DNA from: Dicyema japonicum
Taxonomy: Eukaryota > Animalia > Dicyemida
DNA length: 64,000 bases
Assembly (NCBI GenBank): GCA_011109175.1
Contig: RDEW01000029.1
Coordinates: forward strand, 690,402 to 754,401
Reading direction: 5' to 3'
This document shows positions 38,130-49,899 of this stretch, in pieces (the first letter of the stretch is position 1; every line of letters starts with the position of its first letter). The translations under genes and the position numbers were made by a program. The notes under the pieces were generated by a model, which ran no database searches, was not told the origin of the DNA, and worked only from the letters and a program-made list of their open reading frames with translations.

Positions 38130-41100
38130 CAGTATGACCTCTATTTGGGGCACCTATTTAAAAAAAATGCCCCAAAAACAGAGGTTAAAGTGAAGAGCTC
38201 TTCTCGTCCTCCGGGAAGTGCTACTGCTGATTCATTCTCCCCAGAGAACAAGACTCCGCATAAGGCTGAATTTTTTAAACCACCGAATGTTATTACAAAA
38301 TACGATTCTAAAGATATATCTAAATATACGGATGAACTAATGAAATCCGATCATCACGGAAAACAAGACTATATTAATTACAGTGAATTCTACTATGAAT
38401 GCAATTAAAATCGCAAATGTTTTACAATACTATGACCAATACGGATCTATGAGAATGAGCCACAGAGGACCGTGCTCTTTCCGTCTGGACTTCCGAGACA
38501 ACTCACACATGGCCACCTACATGGAGGCCATAAATGAGACCTGTCCCTTTGGTCTGGACAACCACCACATTAAGGCAATCTCAACCAAACCATCAGAGAT
38601 TGTCCTGAGGAACCTTCCGTTCTGGGTGAGGGAGGACGACCTCTTGGACTACCTCCAGGAGATGGCTCCCTCAACTTCGAAAGTAACCCGAATGTTCAAA
38701 GGATCGCGGCCCATGCCAATGGCGAAGGCCACGATTAAGAATAGACCGGAAGCCACATCGTTAATACGTTGTGGCTTCTACATTGGAATGAATAAAATAT
38801 CCTGTGAATGGAAAAGAGGACCGCCGATCTGCTATAACTGTCAGCAGGTCGGTCACTTTTAATACCAGTGCACTGGAAAGAAAAGATGTTTACGTTGCGT
38901 GGGAGAGCATGACATCTCCAAATGTAATACGGACATGGATTCTGAACGGAAATGCATAAATTGCGGATCAACAAAACACGATGCAAGGTATGAAGGATGC
39001 CCTGTGCTTGTGGAGGCCAAGCGAAAGCTTATTCCCCAAGTCAAAAATGCAGATCTGAAATCTATGAACGTCATAGACGACAAAGTTGAGACACTAACAC
39101 GAAAAAGAATTATTGGTCCAAGGTTAACAAGCTCTCTTCAGTAAATCTACCGAAGAAATCGGTTTGGCAAACCAAAGAAGAGATACCAGGAAAAATCAAA
39201 GAACTAAATGAAATTATAACAAGACTGAAAGAATTAAGCGATGCACTAGGAGTGGATTTACGGGAAATGGTGGACCTGGCCATGGAGAGCCCAGGCCACC
39301 AAAAAGAAATCTGAAAAGAAACCTAAAGTTAGTGCTGGTGAATGCCCGCTCCTTGGTGAAAAGGCATGATGAACTAGCACTACTTATGAGGACTGCCAAG
39401 GCAGATGTTTTGGTAGTCAACGAGACGAAGATTCGAGAAGGAAGAAATTATATTCTGCAAGGATATGACTCAGTGGACATTCCATTGAAAAATGGAGCAG
39501 TTGCTGGAACCGGAACCTCAATCTTCTTTCATAAACTATTGCAAACTCGAAACGACTGCATTGTATTGGCCGACGATTCGGAATTCGTGTCTGTCGACGT
39601 GCGATGTGGTGGAACGTGGATAACCGTGGGAGGGCTATATTCTAAGGACTTGGCCCGGTCCTCTGTGAAAATTGTCGAGTTCTTCGAAAGAAACCCAATG
39701 TCGATCCTGGGGAGATTGAACGCCAAGAACAGGACTATGGATGTTATGGAAACAACAGGGACGGTCAACTACTAGCAGATTTGGTCGGGGAAATTGGAGT
39801 CGAAGTCTTACGACCGAAGAACCTAACCATTTCTCATACTACGGGGGTGATATGCTGGGATTGGCCTTAGTATCTCCACAACTACTAGACCATGTAACAG
39901 GCCAAGGTTACTCTGGGATATAGGGAGTGACCATATCCCTATGGAGATGACTATAAATCTTGAACCGGATATTATTGAAGACATTTTTCTGTATTATGAT
40001 ACCTCGTCGGTAGACTGGGAACATTATCGTCATTATTTATCGAAGAGTATGTTAATGAAGATTAATTATTCCTTTTCTACACATAATGAGTTGGATTCTT
40101 TCAACCAAGATTTATCCAATACTATTACGATGTATCTGCGATTATATGCAAAGAAGATTTACTCAAAAATCCTTCCGAAAACGAATCAGTCCTGCCCTCC
40201 TCTATTCGGGCTTATTCGCGAGAGGAATACTCTGAAGACGAAACACAGACGATGTGTGGACATGTGGGACAGGATAACTTTGAAAAATAATATCGATGCT
40301 ATCCAAAAAGTTACAAGAGCCTGGAAGTTGTATTCCGAAAACCAAGTTAGGAAAGCAGCCTCGAAAGTGCACCGGAAGAATCCTTGCTTCTGGAAATTGT
40401 ACTCCAGACTGACCAACAAAAATTTGAGAGCAAAGAACATTGTACTGGCGGATCAAGATGGAAGAACAATTCCCCTGGACAGAGTACCGTCAGTATTCAG
40501 GAAACAATTAGAAAACATACAGGGAGTAGACCCAGTCAGTATTATATCTGAAAAATTCTCAGAAGATATATCTAGCTCTATGGATTACTCCATAGACGAT
40601 CTGAATAGTATGGTAGAGGAAATCACATTGGCAGAAGTCAAGACTGCTATACGGGAGTGCAAAAACAAGGCTCCTGTTTTTTGATAGCATTCCGATGACT
40701 ATGTTTAAAGAAGGATCCGATGAATTTCTATCTGTTCTACAAAAGATGTATAACGCAAGTTTCAAGCTCGGACATTCCCCTTCACTATGGAAGCACTCAA
40801 TTGTAAAGATGATCCCTAAACCTGGAAAGTCGAGGAAAGATCCTCTTAGTTATAGGCCTATAAGCCTTATCTGTTCTACATCGAAGATTATGGAACGGAT
40901 TATTTTCAAGAAATTGAATCAATATATAGAAAAGATTAATTTTCTACAGTGTTACCAATGGGGTTTTCGGCCAGGGAGATCGTGCGGAAATTGCATTCAC
41001 TCTCTAAACTATGAGATTGCAAATGCTTTTGAGAAGAGGAGCCAGTTGAGCCTTGTCTGCCTTGACATCTCTAAGGCTTTCGACAGTGTATGGCACGAGG

Positions 41101-41960
41101 CCTTATTCTGTCAATTGGTTCGATCAAAAATTTCAAGACAAATGTTCCTATGGCTGAAGAACCTGTTGACTGGGAGATATCAAACGTGGTGGTTGGTGGA
41201 AGATATTCCGAAGATATATTGTTTAAAAGGGAGTGCCGCAGGGGTCTATTCTAAGCCCTCTATTATTCAACATATTTATGGAAGACTTTCCTTCTCCACA
41301 AAACGTTAGGACCAAGCTGATGATATATGCGGATGACATCTTAATCCTAGACTCATCTCTGAAGGCCTACATCTCTGAGCGACGAATCGGGGCTTTTGTC
41401 GACAGAGTTCCATGGTGCGATAGGAGAGGGATGAAACTATCCACAGAAAAATCCAGTTACTTGCGAATATGCAGGCTGGGTCGACACCAGAGAGAGTATA
41501 TACGCTACGGATACCTAGAGTCTCTAGCCTGAAATACCTGGGGATTGCAGTGGATGGAAGAGGATCGTATCGGAAGGACATCGAGGAGCGGAGAAGAAGG
41601 CCGTTCAAGCGATGTTCTGCTCCAGAAAACTTATGCTGGACGATACAATGCTCTATATCTTCCGAATGTGATTCTCCCAAGACTGATATACGGATGCGAG
41701 GGATGGTTTTATACTCCCTCGAGAGAAAGGATTCTCGCTCGCCTGGAGAAAACAAGGCGAGCGGCGATAAAAATATCTCTGGGGAGGAAATTACATGAAA
41801 GCCTAACTGAGGAAGAGAATAACCTTGTCAGGCCAGTAAAAATAGATATCCAAATATGGTTGGGTAACCAGCTTTACAATACGTAGTAAATGGACGACTA
41901 AAATGGAGATGGGATACGTGTGAAGTGTCCAGGCCGCAAAGGCGGACACGATTAAAATCC
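38130..41960 (+). mobile_element. near full-length degraded Jockey/I-group LINE (gag-like ORF1 + APE-RT ORF2)
   Basis: ORF1 with three zinc knuckles (CYNCQQVGH, CLRCVGEH, CINCGSTKH..C); ORF2 'VNARSL..NETK..SDH..YRPISL..DISKAFD..PQGS..YADD'. Confidence 0.88.
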
Positions 41961-41989
41961 TTTTAATAACTCCTTACTTACTTTGGAAA

Positions 41990-44200
41990 ATTTGATTTGG
42001 GACGATTGCTTCAGTAGAAAAATTTTAAGTCTGGAGAGTTAAAAATTTTAACTTCAGTAGAAATTAATCACTTTCCACCAAGGAGTGGGACAAGCTCGGA
42101 GTTTTTGTGATGCCTCAGAATCTAAGCAAAATTTGTGAGCACCCATATGTGGAGCAAGATATTGGAAGCGACCATCTTCCACAAACTTTGGAAATAAGGA
42201 CGGAGCCTATATCTGCTGAAAGAACTTTTGTTGGCTACAACCTTAATAATGTCAACTGGGTTGATTTCGATTATTTTATACGGGTGAAACTGGGAAATGT
42301 CTGTGATCAATTGATCTTGGACTCCCTCAAGACATTGATTACTTGGATTACAAAATTAGGACTTTGATATTGTGTTATTTGGACGAATATGGAAGTAAAA
42401 ATTCCGTATGCCGCATGGATGCTCATCAATGAGCTTAAAAGAAGATTCCCTCCATCGAGAGAAAAAATCACTTTAAAGTAAACTCAAAAGATGTTAATAC
42501 ATTCCCGACTCGGAAAAGCTAAAGGTTCAGATCAGCTTAGTGAAAAATGAATTAATGGAAATCTTCAAACGAAAACAGGAAAATAAATGGAGAAGAGAAT
42601 GCTCAAAGATCAATCACAAGAATGCAGACTTTTGGAAAGTATTTTCGAGATTGAAATCTCTGATGACAAATGTGATGAAATACACCTAAAATCATCCAAT
42701 GGTTGTTGTATTTCAAAGAGGGAAATCCAGAAATTCTACGGCAACAGTTAGCAAAATTCAAGAAGTAGATCCTGCTTCCATTATTCCATGTGAATTTCGA
42801 AGCAATAATCATCACTATGATAGGATGGTGTCAATGAAGGGTCCTATGTGTACCCTATTTCCCTGAAGAAGTAAAAATTGCGATTTGTAGCTGCAAGAAC
42901 AAAACCCCTGGATGGGATTTTATCCCAATGAAAATATTCAAGAATGCAAATGCTATGTTAATTGATGCATTAACCATGCTTTATAATGCCTCGTGGAAAC
43001 TTGCTCACGTTCCATCGACCTGGAAAAAGTCGATTGTTCGGATGATTGGAAAGAAAGGAAAATCAAGATTTAATCCAGAAAATTATAGACCAATTAGTCT
43101 TATTTGTTCAACTTCAAAAATTATGGAGAAATTGTCTTATGGAGAAATTATGGAGAAATTGTCTTATTGTCCTTATGGAGAAAATGTGCATCCGGGAACT
43201 TAGGAAGTCAATTCAAGAATCTATAAGTAAGAAAGAATACTTACTGCAACGTGTTTGGACATATCCAAGGCTTTTGACAGTGTCTGGCATGAGGGACTTC
43301 TCGAGACATTGTCAAAAGCGAACATTGGAAAGTCGGCGCTCATGTGGATTAGAGACTTCCTTATGGGAAGAGAGTCTTATATTCGTGTGGGAAATATGCT
43401 CTCTAAAAAGATAAAACTAAGTAGAGGTGTTCCACAAGGTTCAATTTTGAGTCCCCTCCTCTTCAACTGTATAATGAGCGAGGTGCCAAAACCGGGACAC
43501 ACCAATACCAAAATGATAATTTATGCAGACGACATTCTAATTTTGGACACTAGTATAAATAAATCAATATCATGGAAAAGAACATTAGCTCATTATCGAA
43601 GATTGGTGTCGGAATAATGGATTGACATTATCAAGAGAAAAAGTTCTGTAACCTGGATAGCGAGAAATAGGAAAATCAATATGTTGATACAGGGAATGTT
43701 AAATTCTCGGAAAACCTGATATACCTTGGAGTATGCATTAACAAAAAAGGATCGTTTAAAGAGCACATCAAAATACGAAGAGAGAAGCTACGGAATGCTC
43801 AAGTCCCTACTTCCGCTTTCATTTGTCTCCAGATACTTTTATGTTTGTCTACAAAACGTGTATTGAACCTTTCCTAATATATGGATATCAAGGTTGGTTT
43901 AAAACAGAGGAGGAATCAGTTCTACTAACTAAATTAGAAAAGACAAAAAGGTATGCAATTAAACTCGCACATGGATTGGATTTAGCATCTGAAATTGATG
44001 ACGAATACGAAAGAAAACGAGAAGAATCGGTGATTTATTACATTGCTTGTGGAAACTCGCATTGTAATTGGGGCTTTTTACGGAGAAGAGACATACAGTG
44101 TCTCATGAGAGTGCCCCGATATAGACGACCCCAAATCTTAGTTTTTCCTCTTTAGTTAATGGCTCTTACCTTGTTTAGTTAGTTGGGTTTTGCGAATAAA
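41990..44200 (+). mobile_element. second, 5'-truncated LINE of a related family
   Basis: 'IGSDHLP', 'YRPISL', 'DISKAFDSVWH', 'GVPQGSILSP', YADD. Confidence 0.8.
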
Positions 44201-44329
44201 TTATGTTATCTGTTATCCGGGACGATTGCCATTTTGTTTGATTGGCTTTTTAAATCGGTACATTGAAGATCGATATTTAACGGCTCGTACTCAACCGTAT
44301 CTTATTCTGAACCGGTCACATTAATTAAT

Positions 44330-45010
44330 CCTATATAATAGTTAGGGACATTGCGTATTCATTTATTGCGCGAAATAAGTTCACAGAATTTAACTTTGTT
44401 TTTGAAAGCATAGTTATTCTCTTCTTAACATTTTCAAGTATGGACTCCATAACTTTGCTTTTGAGAAAATTACTTCCCTCGTTTTTGAAAACACCTAAAT
44501 ATTGATATACACTGACTCTTTCCAGAGTCTCACAACATGATAACGATTTTACATTAGAAAATGACTTTTCCGAATTCATCTGCAAGCCGGCAACATGAAA
44601 GAAAACGCGAACAACTTTTATCATTTTAATAACAGTATCTTCTTCTAGCCCAAATATCTTTAGGTCATCAATGAATAACAAATGATTTGTAGAATAAGTC
44701 AGTGTATAGGATTAGGATCCTCCTGATTAATTTGGAGTCTTGGGAACATAGAGTTAAGGGTCCTGCTCAAAGGCTCCATTACCATAACAAATAATTGAGG
44801 GGATAATGAATCTCCTTGCAGAATTCCACGTCCCAGTTTTACAGAACCAATTCTTCTTCCATCTAAGTAGAATTACATAGTTNGTCCACTTCTTGACTAT
44901 GGTCTTTACAAAGTTTACAAGCCAACGGCTATTCTTGAACAATACATGAAATAAAAATTCATGGTCAACAAAATCAAAGTCCTTTTTCACATCAACCCAA
45001 GCAGAATAAA
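44330..45010 (-). mobile_element. R4/Dong-like RT fragment
   Basis: 'HLLFIDDLK', 'YQYLG', 'LNSVNLFRAINEYAMS' parallel the 30169 ORF. Confidence 0.8.
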
Positions 45011-45339
45011 GGGCGTATATGAATTAAATAAAATTAATAAAATTTAATCTCTAAACCTAAATTTACTCATTAGCGAAATGTTTAATTTATTTAATTAAAA
45101 TTTTAGGATGACTAAGCGATAATTTAATATTATCGTCGTATGTACGCACGTATAGGAATTTGCCCTCTACCCGTTAATTCCTACACTTTGCTTCCATATT
45201 TTTCGTATACCTAATATGAAATGTTTAACTCTTAAAATTTTTTTTAATTCGAAATTTTATTAAGGAAAGAAAAGAAAGATTAAAAAATTATTCAATTATT
45301 TAAAATCTGGAGTCGTTTCAGACCATTATGTACTGAGAT

Positions 45340-45660
45340 TTATGCAATCAGCGAATATGGGAGTAATCGGTGGTTTTGTTGACAAGAGACGTTTTGATTG
45401 ACAAAAAGCACACTTTCGTATTATCCCAGCGATTTCAGTCTCCGTTACACCATATAGTTTAGTTTTTAATTTAAAGAAAAGACGATCTCTACCAAAATAA
45501 TTTAAATTGTGTTCAGCCTAAAATAAATCTAATTGAACATATCCTCAGAACGGACTTTTTTTAAGCCTTTTCACGAGAGCCATAGTATTTATAGCTCCGC
45601 ATAGGCAGGACACACACTTTATTTAAGTAAAGAACAGTTAATTTTAACTAATCGTAGAAC
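45340..45660 (-). mobile_element. integrase zinc-binding fragment (Ginger/gypsy-integrase type)
   Basis: 'EHNLNYFGRDRLF...YGV......IIRKCAFCQSK...KPPITPI'. Confidence 0.55.
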
Positions 45661-45921
45661 CAAGGAATGATCTTCACTTCTTTTTTTTTCTTTTTCTTGT
45701 GTAAGTGTCCTTTCTAGACAATCCAGTTCCGCAGTGAGTATTCACTGNATTTAAATTGTGTTCAGCCTAAAATAAATCTAATTGAACATATCCTCAGAAC
45801 GGACTTTTTTTAAGCCTTTTCACGAAAGCCATAGTATTTATAGCTCCGCATAGGCAGGACACACACTTTATTTAAGTAAAGTTAATTTTAACTATTCGTA
45901 GAACCAAGGAATGATCTTCAC

Positions 45922-46124
45922 TTCTTTTTTTTTCTTTTTCTTGTGTGAGTGTCCTTTCTAGACAATCCAGTTCCGCAGTGAGTATTCACTGATGACGGCG
46001 TCACTCGTCAAACCCTTTCTGCATCGTAGATGCGTGGAAACTTCTACCAGGTGAACAGCAGCGAGATTCGAACCCGTAGCCTAAGCCACTTAAGCCCGAC
46101 ACCTAACCACTAAGCCACCCGGTA
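45922..46124 (-). mobile_element. tRNA-derived SINE
   Basis: A box TGGCTTAGTGG (46107-46117), B box GGTTCGAATCT (46064-46074), no viable cloverleaf, about 120-nt body, A-rich tail. Confidence 0.7.
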
Positions 46125-47269
46125 GAACGGACTTGTTGTTAAATAAATAAACCCAATATCTGCTGGTTGATTAGTTGACACCTCTCTAATATCTTTATCG
46201 TACTCTCAGTCTGTCTATTTCCCCACGTTCACTATTGTTTAATAAATAAACCCAATATCTGCTGGTTGATTAGTTGACACCTCTCTAATATCTTTATCGT
46301 ACTCTCAGTCTGTCTATTTCCCCACGTTCACTATTGCAACTCTCAAGGACTCACTTCGAACACTAAACGGAGACTTTATGCATAGATTCATCAATGAACT
46401 GCGGAGACATGCGAGAACGAAAGTAACATGGAGAAAACTGGCAAAACAGATAGTGAAGAGCACGACACAAGCGGAACCCTAGGTATTCATGTCTTAACGA
46501 CATATAAAGTTGTAGCCTGAGACATTGTGCTTCCCATTTGGTCAACTTTTCAAATAAAAATTAAAAAATACGGACAAATTGTTAACGAACAAGCGGCTTG
46601 CAAGTTAAATTACTTCTAGTCCATTATAGGATTACTATNTCGAACACTAAACGGAGACTTTATGCATGGATTCATCAATGAACTACGGAGACATGCGAGA
46701 ACGAAAGTAACATGGAGAAAACTGGTAAAACGGATAGTGAAGAGCACGACACAAGCGGAACCTTAAGTATTCATGTTTCAACGACATATAAAGTTGTAGT
46801 CTGAGACATTGTGCTTCCCATTTGGTCAACTTTTCAAATAAAAATTGAAAAATACGGACAAGTTGTTAAGGAACAAGCGGTTTGCAAGTTAAATTACTTC
46901 TATTCCATAATAGGATTACTATAGAAAAAACAAATCACACACCACTGCCAAGAGACAAAGGGTATTTATGTGAACGATTGATGGTTCCGTAAACGCCTTG
47001 CGATCGCAATCGTTTGTTGAAATGCTTCCTGTCTTTTGATGGGTTCTATAATAACCATAGAATGTTAAACTAAGTAAGAGTATGATTTTTGCTGAAGTGC
47101 TGATGGCATTTCTAAAAAATGATTCAGCCTAGGGTGATTGAGAAAAAAGAGTATAATTAATTTCCAGTCTTAAGTTAAATACCAGACAATTGATGACAAA
47201 TTTATTACTTCTAAAGAGGGTAGGAGATTTGGAAAAGGAGTCGTCAACAGAATCGTAATTGTTATTATT

Positions 47270-48220
47270 ATTATTTAAAAAAACCAAAAATCACCGACAA
47301 ATTAAATAACTACAAGCCGTCAGGTGATTCCGGCCGCCTCGAGTAGCCATCTCATTCTTGCTCAGTGTTCTTCCCGGGTTCCAACGCATTTCCGGATTGG
47401 GCTGGAGGTTTCTAACTTTATTGGAGGGTAGTAAGGCTTTGGTTTTCATCACTAATTCCTCAAAAGGTGTAGGGTTTAGAAGTGTCCAAGAAAACCTTTG
47501 CAAAGCCTTACTGGCCATTTTTTGGAAGGTATTGATTTTTCTATATTCCTGTAAAGGTGTAGGGTTTAGAGGTGTCCAAGAAAACCTTTGCAAAGCCTTA
47601 CTGGCCATTTTTTGGAAGGTATTGATTTTTCTATATTCCTGTTTGATAGGTTGGTTCCCCATGCAGCACACCCGTAATTTAGAGAAGGTTGAATATACTG
47701 CACGTAAGGGGAGTCCAAATTTGAGTTGAAACACCCATTATATTGTCCAAGGAGTGTTTTAACAAAATTTAGCTTTCGTTGTGCCGAAAAGATGACGTTG
47801 TGGATGCGTTTGCTGAAGGTCAAGAGTGGGTCGCAAGTTACGCCCAGTATCCGGATCGAGTTGGTCGTGGGGATTGAGTTTCCATTTATGGTTACACATG
47901 GAGCAGAGTATGTTAATTTTCTGTTTGTTGTAAAAATTGTTTTATAAGACTTTTCGGGACTTGTATGTAGAATGTTCTTAACGAGCCAACAGTTCAGCTC
48001 CTCCAATGAAGCTTGTATCCGGTAAACAGCTGTGTTAACGCAGTAGTCTTTGACTGCGACGATTATATCATCCGCATATATCTGACCCAGAGTATCGTCA
48101 ATGGTAAAGGAGGGCATATCATTCAAGAATAGGTTTAATAGGTGTGGTGAAAGTGGAGATTTTTGAGGTACCCCATTTGGAAAGAACTTAGTCACTGATC
48201 TAGTTTTTCCAGCAGTTACT
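47270..48220 (-). mobile_element. LINE RT 3' fragment with a 90-bp internal tandem duplication
   Basis: 'NGVPQKSPLSP', 'IYADD', 'RILGVT.D'. Confidence 0.8.
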
Positions 48221-48730
48221 CTTCAGAATTGTAATGCAAATGCAGCACGATTCAGGGATCTTCAAACGGAGATGGTTTTGGAGATGATTTGAATGCCAAA
48301 AAAGTGAAAATTTAGAAATGGCAAAATATATTTAAATTTTACCATTTTTGTTAAAATATTTGATAATCAAGACTGTTGTACCTCGCTGATAACTGAACGG
48401 ATTTTAATTAAAAAATTCTTTTGAACGAATAAAAACATTGAAAAAAAAGTGAGTGAACCAGATATTAAAAAATGAGTTTCTGAAGATTTTGATCAATATC
48501 ATTATATCAAGTGGCGTGAACTCGATGCTAATTTTAAAAACTTTCCACTTTTTTAGGCACTAATACAAGATCCCTGTGATGGGGGACAATGGGATGCAGT
48601 CCACGTGGGTAAAAATCAAAACTTTTTTTTAACTCGCTATGCCCTCTGAGCGTTCGCAGGTGTCTAGTAATTAATATAAGTAAAATTCGGACAAGTGATC
48701 ACGCCATGTCGATTATTTATAGAATTTTGA

Positions 48731-49870
48731 ATGCGTCCTCCGTTACCGGTCCTCATGTTCACGCTAAAGCTCCCTTATGCACCTGTCAGAGCTGTTTTGA
48801 GGAACTGCTCAAGTGAAGCAGCCGTGTTTTCGCAAACTCAGATATTGAAGGAATCGTCTGTGCTTCTTTTTCCTGGACAGGGCTCCCAATTTATCGGTAT
48901 GGCATCAAAGTTGAAGCAGTTTCCGAAATCTGTTGATCTTTCTGAGAGAGCGAGTGTTATTTTATATGATCTACTAAAGTATATGATAAATGTCATTTTA
49001 GTTATGTTCGGAAAGGCCATCTGATAAATTAATGAGAACAGAAATCTCCCAACCAGCTATTATGGTCACATCTCTGGCCTCTCTAGGAAAACTCGAGAAT
49101 TAAAATCCAGAAGCTCTTAGAACTTGCAATTATACTGCAGGATTGAGTTTGGGAGAATATACTTCTGTCGTTTACTCAGAGTACCTGTCATTCGAGGATG
49201 GTTTGTCTTATTTGTAACCCAAACAGCAATAAAAGTAGTAAAAGTTCGTGCTACTTCCATGCAGAAGGCTTCGGAGATGACTAACGGAAGGATGATTTCT
49301 ATAATGGTCAACGGAATTTCGAACATCGAAGACTCCTGTGAGGCGGGTATTGAGCACTGTCATTCTTTGGGAATTGCTAATCCAGTTTGCCAGCCTGCAA
49401 ATTATCTTTCTTCCGAATTTCAAGTAATTGGTGGCTCTGTCGAGGTGACTATTGCCTTAATTGTAGGCTTTGGAGTTTATCGAATAGTTCGAAATTTGGA
49501 ATTCGGAGGCTTCAGGTTAGTGGGGCCTTTCATACAAAGATGATAAATTTTGCCTACGATGAACTCAAAGATGCCTTAAAGTTTGTTTTTTACTAAATTT
49601 AGTAATGTCAAATTTAATGAGCCCAAAATTAACGTAATTTCTAATCTATCAGATGAACCGTACAAAAACGTGGAGGAGATCAAAAATTTGTTAGTCCACC
49701 AGATTGTGTCGCCAGTAAAATGGCAACAATCCATGGAATATTTGTTTAATTCACCATCCAAGCGAAATGTTTACGAGGTCGGTCCTGGTAGGCAACTGAA
49801 ACCTCTAATAAACTTTTCCATTAATGCAAAGTTCCATGATCAGCACCCTTATTATTTTGAGGAAGTGTGA
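48731..49870 (+). pseudogene. MCAT: mitochondrial malonyl-CoA:ACP transacylase, four micro-introns, disabled
   Basis: 'LFPGQGSQ', 'QPAI', 'AGLSLGEY', 'VSGAFHT', 'SPVKWQQSM', 'EVGPG'; introns 48979-49001, 49201-49226, 49445-49466, 49581-49602; TAA at 49101-49103 and two frameshifts. Confidence 0.88.
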
Positions 49871-49899
49871 TTTTTAGTAAAATACTTGTTCTGAATCTC

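Noticed and set aside
45500-45991. About 245-bp direct repeat around the n at 45748
   Set aside because: Typical unmerged contig or haplotype overlap at a scaffold join.
45985-46015. Hammerhead-like CTGATGA-stem-AAAC
   Set aside because: Lacks the G of GAAA, has no convincing stems I/III or NUH site, and lies antisense to the SINE.
46359-46922. About 280-bp direct repeat around the n at 46639
   Set aside because: Same artefact pattern; the differences are probably allelic.
48640-48668. Possible second Helitron 3' end (hairpin + CTAG|T) just upstream of MCAT
   Set aside because: Weak hairpin, no matching 5' end or Rep/helicase motif, and MCAT would lie outside the element.
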